This document shows, in pieces, positions 9,384 to 18,177 of a stretch of DNA of 64,000 nucleotides (position 1 is its first letter; each line of letters opens with the position of its first letter). Position numbers and translations under genes: made by a program. Source of the DNA: Terriglobales bacterium (GTDB lineage: Bacteria > Acidobacteriota > Terriglobia > Terriglobales > Acidobacteriaceae); NCBI GenBank assembly GCA_035691485.1, contig DASSIZ010000043.1, positions 4,236 through 68,235 on the forward strand, given 5' to 3'. Below the pieces are notes generated by a model, which saw only the letters and a list, made by a program, of their open reading frames with translations, made no database searches and was not told the DNA's origin.

Positions 9384-10517
9384 CTAGTACCCGGCACTCG
9401 AATAGTGGTTCACCGTAACGCGATAGCTCTGCACGTCCTTTGCGATGTCGTCCGGTACATCGACTGCGAATGCTATCGGTGTCTGCGGCATCAGCGCCCT
9501 GTCGACATAGCCGTCCGAAACCCAGATCACCTGGCCGTTGTTGTTGTAGTAAGTCGCCAGCACGTGCGGGATGTTCACCACCTGGCCGCTTTCATTCAGC
9601 AGTTCGCCGGCCAGGACCCGCCGCCCGCGCGCATCGGTTTCCAGTCGCTGATGGAGCACACCGATAACCGGATCGGCGGAGGCTGATACCAGCGAAGAAT
9701 CCGGCTGCATGCGCACGCTCTTCACGTCCGCCAGCTTGATGTTCGGGAAGTCGATGCGAAACGGTGAAACTTCCTTGGGGAGCAAGGTGTGCGACATCTT
9801 GTCGAAGCTGCTCTCCTGCCCGATGGTGGAACCGTCCTTGCCGACCAGCGTCGCGTTCACCGAGACAAAAGCCGGGACCGTGTCTTCGTTGAGCACTTCG
9901 CCGACGATGACGGTCGCGTTGCCACGGCTGGTCGCCTTCATTGAGATCAGCCGCACGTGCGGCGCTTCGACGTTCTGCGCGCCCCATTCATCGCCGGCGC
10001 CGCGGTAGATCACATCCCAGCGCAGGTAGTTGACGGGGATCACTTGCGGCGGGGCCTTGGTCTCCTTGACCTCGGGCCAGACCACCTTCCACTCGCCGTC
10101 GCGGTTGACCACCTTGAGGTCGCGGGTGTCGTAGAAGGCGCCCACCGCGGTTGCCCAGCGCATGTTGGTGCGCACCACGGCTTCGCTGTCGGTTTTGCGC
10201 AGCACGCGAAGGTCGGCGTCTTCAAGATTGGAATAGGTGCGCAGGCTGCCGTAGGTCCCGCGCATGTCGTCGGTGAACTCGCGTTCGTCCACCTGGTTGG
10301 TATTGGCGATGTAGGAGTACGCGCCATGGTACTGGCGCTTCTTCACATTGTCGATCACCGACTGGACTGCGCCCTCAGGAGTCTTGCTGGTAGCCAGCGC
10401 GCCGGTGCCTTCGCCGGCGATGTACATCACCGTCGTGGTCTGCTGCGGCCACAAGGTTCCCACCGTGACCAGCGCCAGCGTGATGAGAGCGATTAGGACT
10501 GGGAGCGAGAATTTCAT
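9384..10517 (-). CDS. Membrane-anchored/exported protein: NTF2-like N-domain plus two related beta-sandwich modules
   Basis: ATG at 10515-10517 (MKFSLPVLIALITLALVTVGTLW). Internal repeats GEVLNEDTVPAFVSVNATLVGKDGSTIG and GELLNESGQVVNIPHVLATYYNNNGQVIW. TAATG stop/start overlap with the upstream gene. Confidence 0.75.
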   Translation of the reverse strand: MKFSLPVLIALITLALVTVGTLWPQQTTTVMYIAGEGTGALATSKTPEGAVQSVIDNVKKRQYHGAYSYIANTNQVDEREFTDDMRGTYGSLRTYSNLEDADLRVLRKTDSEAVVRTNMRWATAVGAFYDTRDLKVVNRDGEWKVVWPEVKETKAPPQVIPVNYLRWDVIYRGAGDEWGAQNVEAPHVRLISMKATSRGNATVIVGEVLNEDTVPAFVSVNATLVGKDGSTIGQESSFDKMSHTLLPKEVSPFRIDFPNIKLADVKSVRMQPDSSLVSASADPVIGVLHQRLETDARGRRVLAGELLNESGQVVNIPHVLATYYNNNGQVIWVSDGYVDRALMPQTPIAFAVDVPDDIAKDVQSYRVTVNHYSSAGY

Positions 10518-12274
10518 TACTTCACCCCCTCGCGCAGATATGCGCTCTCGCGCGCTGTGGCGGGAGCGGGGAATGCAATCGGTTCTTGCGCGCGCCGGGA
10601 CTCCGGCAAGGCAAGCAGCAGGAAAATTGCCAGTATGCTGCTGCCGATCGGCAGAATGCCCCACATCAGGCCTTCCCACGGCGCGGGCATTGCGTTGGCC
10701 TCGATCGGCTGCGCCGGAGGAACGTCATCCTTGGTCCACACCTGGATCGCCCCGACGTCGAGCGAGTCCACCATGCGCCAACCGGCAAATGCCATCAGCG
10801 GCCGGTAGAACGGATCGCGTACGAAGACCCACTTCAGGCCGTACTTGTCGGCATGGCCCAGGATGGCGCGCAGTGAAGCGATGCCGTTGGTGCCGTAATA
10901 CTTCGCATTGGTCAGCTGCGCCGCGCCGTGCTCGGTCATTTCCGGCAGCATGCGGGCGGAGTTGTATTCGCCGTCCACCGTCTCCGCGTCGGTCATGATC
11001 GACAATTCCGACAGATGCGACCCGAAGCCGAGCGTCAGGTAACGGTACTTGTCGTGCCCGTCGCGATTCAGAAAATCGGCAACCGGACGGACGCGCAGTT
11101 CTTTGTCGTAGTTGATGGGGTGGAACGTGGTCCAGGCCACCGATAGCGCGCAGGTTCCTACCGCCGCCATCGCCAGTCCGACGATGGCTCGGGCGCGATA
11201 GCGATCGATCAGGTGCGAAGCGATCACGCCCACAAACGGGAGTGCCATGATCGTCGCCCAGAAGCTGAAGCGCTCAAACGTCAGAATTTCGTAGGCGCGC
11301 CCCAGGAGCCAGCGCGGAACCGGCGTCGTGCCGCCCAGTCCGAACAGAAACGTGATCCAGAATCCGAGCAGCAAGGGACGCAGACGCTTGTGCCTGGAAC
11401 CCAGCATCACGATAAACGGAAGCGCCAGAATCAAAGCGCCGTATGGCACCACCCAGTAGTTCAGTCCCCACTCCGGATTCAGGATGTAGTTGCTGCGGCT
11501 GGCGTGAGGAATGGGAACCTGGTTGATCGGGTTATGCAGGAAGGCCACGAAGTACGGCAGGATGACGATCGCGGCGCCGATGCCGGCAATCGCGGCAAAA
11601 ACCAGCGCGCGCGAGACTACCGCCGCGGTCGCGCGCTCCTCGCCGTCATTGTTGCGGTCCATGATGGCCAGCCACAATACGGGGAGCGCAAACAGCACCG
11701 ATCCGAACAGCAACGTAACGTGGTGCGCCGCCGCCCCGGCCAGCGTCAGCGCCACCCCTTTCAGCAGCGACTTGCCCTTTGCCTGGCGGCTCCATTGATA
11801 AAAATAGGGAAGCGCGTTCAAGTAGAGCGGGATCGCCGCCGTGGTGGACAACTGTCCGGCCTGGTAAACCAGCATGCCAAGCGATCCGAGAAACACGCTG
11901 CCCAGCGCCGCGTAACTGGCGGAGCGCTCATCCACCCACAATTTCGCGAAGCGATACACACCGACCGGCAGCAACAGGATGATGATCAACTGCACCAGCA
12001 TGTACGCCAGGTGCAGCCCGGTGACGTACGAGACCAGCGCCAGCCATTGCTGCGGCAGCGGCGGATACGTGGTCTGGGAAAACCCGCCGAACCACATCGG
12101 GTTCCACGGACTGAACCAGTGGTGCGCGTAGTGGGAAGCAAAGAAGATATGGAAATTGGCGTCATAAGAACTGAGCGGCAGTTCCATCAGCAGCAAAGGG
12201 CCGTGGACGGCCACTGCGGCCAGCAGGATCGCCAGCAAGGGGATCGGCCTGCGCAGGGGATTCGTAGGGGACAT
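10517..12274 (-). CDS. Polytopic GT-C-like membrane protein (PTPS-related / ArnT-PMT-like glycosyltransferase candidate)
   Basis: ATG at 12272-12274. More than 10 predicted TM helices. First-loop SSYDANFHIFFASHYAHHWFSPWNPMWFGG. Large soluble C-terminal domain followed by a final TM. Confidence 0.8.
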   Translation of the reverse strand: MSPTNPLRRPIPLLAILLAAVAVHGPLLLMELPLSSYDANFHIFFASHYAHHWFSPWNPMWFGGFSQTTYPPLPQQWLALVSYVTGLHLAYMLVQLIIILLLPVGVYRFAKLWVDERSASYAALGSVFLGSLGMLVYQAGQLSTTAAIPLYLNALPYFYQWSRQAKGKSLLKGVALTLAGAAAHHVTLLFGSVLFALPVLWLAIMDRNNDGEERATAAVVSRALVFAAIAGIGAAIVILPYFVAFLHNPINQVPIPHASRSNYILNPEWGLNYWVVPYGALILALPFIVMLGSRHKRLRPLLLGFWITFLFGLGGTTPVPRWLLGRAYEILTFERFSFWATIMALPFVGVIASHLIDRYRARAIVGLAMAAVGTCALSVAWTTFHPINYDKELRVRPVADFLNRDGHDKYRYLTLGFGSHLSELSIMTDAETVDGEYNSARMLPEMTEHGAAQLTNAKYYGTNGIASLRAILGHADKYGLKWVFVRDPFYRPLMAFAGWRMVDSLDVGAIQVWTKDDVPPAQPIEANAMPAPWEGLMWGILPIGSSILAIFLLLALPESRRAQEPIAFPAPATARESAYLREGVK

Positions 12275-12318
12275 CGCAGTCAAGGTATTCCTCCGCTGCT
12301 TCTCTCCAGCAGCAGTTT

Positions 12319-12331
12319 CGATTCCGAATCG
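12319..12331. promoter_or_regulatory. 13-bp perfect palindrome CGATTCcGAATCG in the divergent promoter region
   Basis: Read directly. About 45 nt upstream of the GT-C-like gene start, within the 291-bp divergent spacer. Confidence 0.3.
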
Positions 12332-12565
12332 CGCACCTCGGGTTTCCCTTCTAAGCACGGTAAGCTGCCGCTGAAACGCGATGTCACGATAATCGCCAGG
12401 TGTGAACTAGGCGAGGTACAGAGAGCATCGGCGTACCACCTTGTGGTACTCGGCACGCCCCCTCAGCTTCAAAATGATTGATTTCGTTGACAAATCCGGC
12501 TGAGCAGTTGGAAGCGCATTTGCGGGTGCTCAGGACAGCGGACACTGTCTCGAGCGGGTGGTCTC

Positions 12566-15500
12566 GTGAAAAGAAATCGAAGTTTGTTCCTGATCTGTTC
12601 CCTGGCAGTGCTGGCCTGTTCTCCCCTGGCCGCGCAGACGTTTGAAATCAATCCTAAAGGAGGGGCGCAGGCAACGCCCGCCTCTCCGCAGGCAAAACCA
12701 GGTAACAAGAATCAGAATCCAGCGGCGAGTTCCGGTACCCAAGGCTCGCTCTCGTGGGGATCCAGCATCGAAGTGGCGCGCACCGCCCGTGCCGCCGACA
12801 ACGCACTGCGCCGCAATGACTTCAATGGCGCCCTCGTTTATGCCGAGCGAGCCGCCCATGCCGCGCCCCAGGACATCAACATGTGGCTGATGTACGGCTA
12901 CGCCGCGCGCGGGGCCGGCCGGCTGCAAGTCGCTCTCGACGCCTACAACCGCGCCCTGCAGTTGAACCCCTCGTCGGTCGAAGCGCTTTCCGGATTGGCG
13001 CAGACTTACATGCGCATGGGTCAGACAGACCAGGCCAAGCAGATGCTGCGCAAGGTGCTGGCGCTCAATCCACGCCGCGCCAACGACCTCATGATGGCCG
13101 GCGAACTGTTTATTCAAACCGGCGACTACAACGGCGCGCTCCAGCTGTTGCAACGCGCTGACGCCATCCAGCCTTCGGCGCGCGCTGATCTCCTGCAGGC
13201 GCTTGCCTACCAGCATTTGCATAAGCCCGAACAGGCGCGCCAGCTGCTGGATCGCGCCCGTTCCAAGGCGCCGAACAATCCCGAAGTGCTGCGCGCGCTC
13301 GCCGGCTACTATCGCGAGACCCGGGATTACCAGGCAGCCATTAACACCCTGCACGCCGTGCCTAACCAGAGCGCCGACGTCCTCGCCGAAGTCGGCTATA
13401 CCTACGAGCTTTGGGGCAAACGGAAGGAAGCCGCCACCAATTACGGCCGCGCCGCCAGCATGGCGCCCGGCCAGTTGTCCTACCAGCTTTCGGCGGCGGC
13501 GTCGGATCTGAGCCTCGGCGATCTCAAGCAGGCGCGCGTCTATCTCGACCGCGCGCAGAAGATCAACCCGAATTACTACCGTGTGCACGCCATTCGAGCC
13601 GAGGTCGCCAAGCAGGAAAATCATTACGACGAGGCCATCCGGGAGTTCAACGCGGCCTTAAGCGCCCTGCCCGAATCTTCCAATGAGGGCGTGCTCTATC
13701 CCATGGAGCTGCGGGTCACGCTTGGCGAGCTGTATCGCGCAGTTGGCGACGACAATGCCTCGCACCAGCAGTACCAGGCAGCATTCAACCAGATGCAGCA
13801 CATGAATATCGAGGGCCCGACGCGGGCCGAGTTCCTGCGTCTGCGTGGCAGCCTGAAGGCCAACCTCAACGACCCCGAGGGCGCGCTGGCCGATTTGAAG
13901 GAGGGCGCCGCGCTCGATCCCACCAAGCCCGACATCCTTTTGCAGTACGGCAGCGTGCTCTGGCGTGTGGGGCAAAAGAGCGAGGCCAAGAAGCAGTACG
14001 AGCGCGTGCTGACGCTGGACGCGAAAAACGAGTGGGCCATGACCGCGCTCGGTTACCTGGCCCGTGACATGGGTGACACGAAATCTGCCGAGGCGTACTT
14101 TCACAAGCTCGCCGCTGCCTATCCCACAAACTACGTGCCGTATCTCGCGCTCGGCGACATGTATACCGCCGACCGTCGCTTCGCCGAAGCCAACGATGCT
14201 TACGACAAAGGCTGGAAACTGGCGCCGACGAATCCGCTGCTCGTAGCCGGCGGCGCCAACGTCGGCATTGAGTGGCACAAATTCGATCTCTCCAAGACCT
14301 GGCTCGATCGCGCCAACGCCGAAATGAATACCAATCCATACGTCATGCGCGAGCGCGAGCGTTACCTTACCTGGACCGGCAAGTACGCCGAGTCTGCTCA
14401 GCTGGCGGAGCAGACGATCAAGAAGCTGCCCAAGGACCGCGATGTCATCGTCTATTACGGGTATGACCTGCTGCACCTCGGGCGTTACGACGATCTGCTC
14501 CAGCTCACCTCGAAGTACGAAAAGGTTCTTCCCAAGGACGCCGATCTGCCGCTGCTCGCCGGTTACGTACACAAGAATGCCGAGCTGCTGCATGAGGCAG
14601 TCGACGATTTTACCCGCGCCATCGAGCGTGGACCGGAAGTGCGCACGGCCTACGTGAATCGCGGCTATGTGTACAACGATCTACAAAATGCCGAGGCTGC
14701 ATCCGCTGACTTCAATAAAGCGTTGCAGCTTGATCCCAAGGACGGTTCCGCCCAGCTTGGCATGGCTTTTGCCCAGTTGGAGCTTCATCACGGCAAAACC
14801 GCGCTCGACCATGCCCAGGCGGCGCAGAAGCTGCTCGGCGAATCCGGCGCCATTCACGACGCCATGGCCACCGCCTACCGTCAGCAGGGATTGCTGGCCC
14901 AGGCGGAGAAGGAGTACCGCGCGGCCCTGAAGTATTCGCCCGACGACCTGAAGCTCCATCTCGCGCTCGCCGACACCCAGTATCACCTCCGGCGCTATGA
15001 CGACTCGCTGGCATCGCTGCGCGCGGCGCTCGCGTATTCCCCTGACGATCCTTTCATCTACGCGCAAATGGCACACAGCTACGCAGAAATGAAGCAGCGC
15101 GATGAAACCTTGCGTTACGTGCAGACCGCGGAAAAGATCGGCTACGATCAGTCCGACGTCCTGCTGGCCACAGGCGACGCGCTGCTTGCGCTCGGCGATC
15201 GCGACGCCGCCCTCGATCGATTCGGCCGCGCCCTCGACGCTCCCGATTCCGATCGCGTGGAAGCCCGCCTGGCCGTCGCCAGGGTCCTGCAGCGTGAAGG
15301 CAGGTGGGACGCGGCACGGGAACAGGTGAGCCTTGCTTTCGCGGAGTCACGCATTGGCGAAGCTTCCCCGATCACCGCCGAGCACCTGCTCCAGGCCGCC
15401 GACATGTTCCTTCGCATGCATGACTTCGACATGGCAGTGAAGCTGTTTGAGCGCGCCCGGGCAGCCGGCGCCGCCGACCAGGTGGTTGCCATCGGCCTCG

Positions 15501-16780
15501 CCAACACCTACCTGGAGAAGGGCGACGCGCTCGACGCGCAGCGCCAGTTGGCCAGCCTGGGCAGCCCGTCCCAATACCAGGAAAACTATGATTACATGCT
15601 GGCGCAAGCCAATGTCTATCGCCAGCAGCACCACGATTTGCTCGCCCTGTCAGCGTTCGCCCATGCCAACCAGATTGCCGGCCAGGACGACGTTGCCGAA
15701 CGCGAGTTGGAAGAAATGGCAGGCCAGGAAGGTCTTCGACTGACCGAGAAGGTCAGCGTCCTGACTGATTTTGCCGTTTCGCCGATCTACGAGGACTCGA
15801 CCATCTACCAGATGGACGCCCGCATGTTCGGCGCCACCGGCCAGACCCTGCCCCCGCCGCGGTCCTCGCTCGAGACCCGCTGGACCAGCGCTTATCGCGT
15901 GCATGAGCAGGGTCTGCCGACCATCAGCGGATTCTTCCAGGTGCGCAACGCATCCGGCACCACCTCGCTGCCGGCGGAAAATGTCATCCTCAATCGCAAC
16001 ACCTTGGATTACAACTTCAACGGCGCTCTCAATCCCGTCCTGCGGCTGGGGCGCAACTCGATCACCTTCAATACCGGCCTGCAGTTCACGGTGCGCCGCG
16101 ACAAGAACGACCCCATCGACGTGAACCAGAACCTGTTCCGCCAGTTCGTCTACGCCAACACGAATTCGCTGGGCAACTGGCTGATCATTCGCGGTGAGGG
16201 TATCCACGAGTCCGGTCCTTTCAGCCTGCGCGACCTGCACTCGCGCGAACTGGTGGGCCGGTTGGAGTTCCAGGTCGGCCGCCCCTGGGGTACCACCTCC
16301 CTGATAACCGGCTACGTCATCGACGACCTGCTGTTCCGGCCGCTGGTTCGGGAATGGTTTACCACCTCGACTTACATAGGGCTGCAGCATCGCTTCGGCC
16401 AGAAGCTGACCGTCCGCGGCCTGGCGCAGTACATCCGTGGCTGGCGCGTGCAGGACATGCAGTTCGCGCTCGGACAGGCCTTGCGCCCCGGCGCCGAGAT
16501 CCATTACGTGCCCAAGAAGAATTGGTCGGTGGATGCCAACTTTGCCCTCTCCCGCGGCATGGGCATCCACACGTACGACAATGCCACCAGCGGCGTGTTT
16601 GTCACCTACCAGAGGAAGTTGCGTCGCACCGTCAACGACGGCCTGGGAGCCGTCCCGGTGGATTATCCCTTGCGTCTCTCTATCGGACTGGAAAACGATA
16701 CTTTCTATAACTTCAACAGCGCCGGCGGCGTGGGATCGCAGATGATCATGCGCCCGGTGATTCATCTGAGTATTTTTTAG
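12566..16780 (+). CDS. TPR-repeat protein with C-terminal outer-membrane beta-barrel (BcsC/PgaA/PelB-type exopolysaccharide export porin architecture)
   Basis: GTG start. Signal MKRNRSLFLICSLAVLACSPLAAQ. About 1000 aa of TPR-like repeats, then about 400 aa with alternating hydrophobic beta pattern ending in ...VIHLSIF (terminal Phe). Confidence 0.85.
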   Translation: MKRNRSLFLICSLAVLACSPLAAQTFEINPKGGAQATPASPQAKPGNKNQNPAASSGTQGSLSWGSSIEVARTARAADNALRRNDFNGALVYAERAAHAAPQDINMWLMYGYAARGAGRLQVALDAYNRALQLNPSSVEALSGLAQTYMRMGQTDQAKQMLRKVLALNPRRANDLMMAGELFIQTGDYNGALQLLQRADAIQPSARADLLQALAYQHLHKPEQARQLLDRARSKAPNNPEVLRALAGYYRETRDYQAAINTLHAVPNQSADVLAEVGYTYELWGKRKEAATNYGRAASMAPGQLSYQLSAAASDLSLGDLKQARVYLDRAQKINPNYYRVHAIRAEVAKQENHYDEAIREFNAALSALPESSNEGVLYPMELRVTLGELYRAVGDDNASHQQYQAAFNQMQHMNIEGPTRAEFLRLRGSLKANLNDPEGALADLKEGAALDPTKPDILLQYGSVLWRVGQKSEAKKQYERVLTLDAKNEWAMTALGYLARDMGDTKSAEAYFHKLAAAYPTNYVPYLALGDMYTADRRFAEANDAYDKGWKLAPTNPLLVAGGANVGIEWHKFDLSKTWLDRANAEMNTNPYVMRERERYLTWTGKYAESAQLAEQTIKKLPKDRDVIVYYGYDLLHLGRYDDLLQLTSKYEKVLPKDADLPLLAGYVHKNAELLHEAVDDFTRAIERGPEVRTAYVNRGYVYNDLQNAEAASADFNKALQLDPKDGSAQLGMAFAQLELHHGKTALDHAQAAQKLLGESGAIHDAMATAYRQQGLLAQAEKEYRAALKYSPDDLKLHLALADTQYHLRRYDDSLASLRAALAYSPDDPFIYAQMAHSYAEMKQRDETLRYVQTAEKIGYDQSDVLLATGDALLALGDRDAALDRFGRALDAPDSDRVEARLAVARVLQREGRWDAAREQVSLAFAESRIGEASPITAEHLLQAADMFLRMHDFDMAVKLFERARAAGAADQVVAIGLANTYLEKGDALDAQRQLASLGSPSQYQENYDYMLAQANVYRQQHHDLLALSAFAHANQIAGQDDVAERELEEMAGQEGLRLTEKVSVLTDFAVSPIYEDSTIYQMDARMFGATGQTLPPPRSSLETRWTSAYRVHEQGLPTISGFFQVRNASGTTSLPAENVILNRNTLDYNFNGALNPVLRLGRNSITFNTGLQFTVRRDKNDPIDVNQNLFRQFVYANTNSLGNWLIIRGEGIHESGPFSLRDLHSRELVGRLEFQVGRPWGTTSLITGYVIDDLLFRPLVREWFTTSTYIGLQHRFGQKLTVRGLAQYIRGWRVQDMQFALGQALRPGAEIHYVPKKNWSVDANFALSRGMGIHTYDNATSGVFVTYQRKLRRTVNDGLGAVPVDYPLRLSIGLENDTFYNFNSAGGVGSQMIMRPVIHLSIF

Positions 16781-16794
16781 GCTCCAGGGGGCCC

Positions 16795-18081
16795 ATGAAG
16801 ATTTGTCTGATTACTGCTTTTCCGCCAAGTGGGCGGCAGTTGAACGAATACGGGCTGCATCTGGCGCGTGAATTACAGAAAAATCCGCTGCTCAGCCTCA
16901 CCGTGGTCGGCGACGAACTGGCGGCCTGCGACTGGGCCACCGACGCCCACGGAAAGCAATTGGACGCGCACGAGGAGTTGCCCGAGTTCGACGTCGTCCG
17001 CACCTGGCGTTTCAACAGCATCAGCAGCCCTTACCGGATACTGAAGGTCCTGCGCGAAATCAAGCCCGACGTCGTCTGGTACAACCTGGTGTTCTCCACC
17101 TTTGCCACGCAGCAGCATCCCGTAGCCGCTTTCGCCGGGCTCTGCATTCCGGCGCTGACACGGGCCGCCGGGTTCTACACGCACGTTACCTTGCACCACC
17201 TGATGGAGCACGTCGATTTCGGCGCTGCCAACATTCGCGCCGAGCGGCTGTTCCGCTTCGCCAGTTCGCTGGCCACGCGCATGCTGCTGATGTCCAATTC
17301 CATCTCCGTGCTCTTGCCGGCTTACCGCCGCACGCTGATCGAGAAGTATCGCGCCGAAAATGTGCACTTCCGATCGCACGGCATCTTCGGCGCGCGCCCG
17401 GAGCCACCCGATTTCTCGCGCCGCGGGAATCCCGAGCACCGCGTTCTCGCCATCGGACACTGGGGTACTTACAAACGCCTGGAGACGCTGATGGAAGCGT
17501 TCCAGAAAATCCAGCGCCGCGTCCCCAATGCCAGGCTGGTCATCGCCGGCGCCAACCACCACACCATGCCCGGGTATTGGGAATCGATCGCGGAGAAGCA
17601 TCGCAGTAATTCGGCTATCGATTTTCGCGGCTATGTCCCGGAGGACGAGATTCCCGATCTTTACAGCACCGCCAGCGTGCTGGTTCTGCCCTACGATTCT
17701 TCGACCGGTTCCAGTGGCCCCGCCCACCAGGCCTGCCAGTTCGGCCTGCCGATTGTCTCTTCCGACCTGCGCGAATTTATTGACATGGCCAGCGACGAAT
17801 CCATGGCCATGGAATTTTTCCACCGCGGCGACGCCGAAGATCTCGCCAACAAACTGGTATCGATGCTGGAATCGCCCGAAAAGCTACGCGAGATGGCCGA
17901 GCAGAACTTTTCCGCCGCCTTGCGCATGACCATGCCCCAGATTATCCGTGAATACCTGCGCTCTTTCGACTTGCAGAAACGGGCCCGCGCCCTGTCGCAT
18001 TCACGCTTCCGCCGCATCCCCCGTTGGAGCACGTCGCACTCGGAAAGCTTCCGCTTCGGCGGCTGGTCTCCCTGGATGTAA
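16795..18081 (+). CDS. GT4 (group 1) glycosyltransferase
   Basis: MKICLITAFPPSG, GT-B C-terminal pattern (LVIAGANHH..., ASVLVLPY, GLPIVSSD). AGGGGG SD. 14 nt after the porin gene. Confidence 0.9.
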   Translation: MKICLITAFPPSGRQLNEYGLHLARELQKNPLLSLTVVGDELAACDWATDAHGKQLDAHEELPEFDVVRTWRFNSISSPYRILKVLREIKPDVVWYNLVFSTFATQQHPVAAFAGLCIPALTRAAGFYTHVTLHHLMEHVDFGAANIRAERLFRFASSLATRMLLMSNSISVLLPAYRRTLIEKYRAENVHFRSHGIFGARPEPPDFSRRGNPEHRVLAIGHWGTYKRLETLMEAFQKIQRRVPNARLVIAGANHHTMPGYWESIAEKHRSNSAIDFRGYVPEDEIPDLYSTASVLVLPYDSSTGSSGPAHQACQFGLPIVSSDLREFIDMASDESMAMEFFHRGDAEDLANKLVSMLESPEKLREMAEQNFSAALRMTMPQIIREYLRSFDLQKRARALSHSRFRRIPRWSTSHSESFRFGGWSPWM

Positions 18082-18107
18082 ACACTTGAGGTCGTCTCCA
18101 GCAGTAC

Positions 18108-18139
18108 AAAGGCCGTCCCGGAATTTCGAGACGGCCTTT
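18108..18139. terminator. Bidirectional rho-independent terminator
   Basis: aaaggccgtc / gacggccttt 10-bp stem with a 12-nt loop, followed by tcttacttt. Sits between convergent genes. Confidence 0.6.
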
Positions 18140-18177
18140 CTTACTTTCAATGCAGTGAACGTGCTCAGGGTTTCAGA

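Noticed and set aside
12530-16765. Three long minus-strand ORFs (12530-13624, 13658-14593, 15650-16765) opposite the TPR/barrel gene
   Set aside because: They tile the antisense strand of a single coherent 1404-aa gene and have no starts with an SD and no motifs. They are shadow ORFs.
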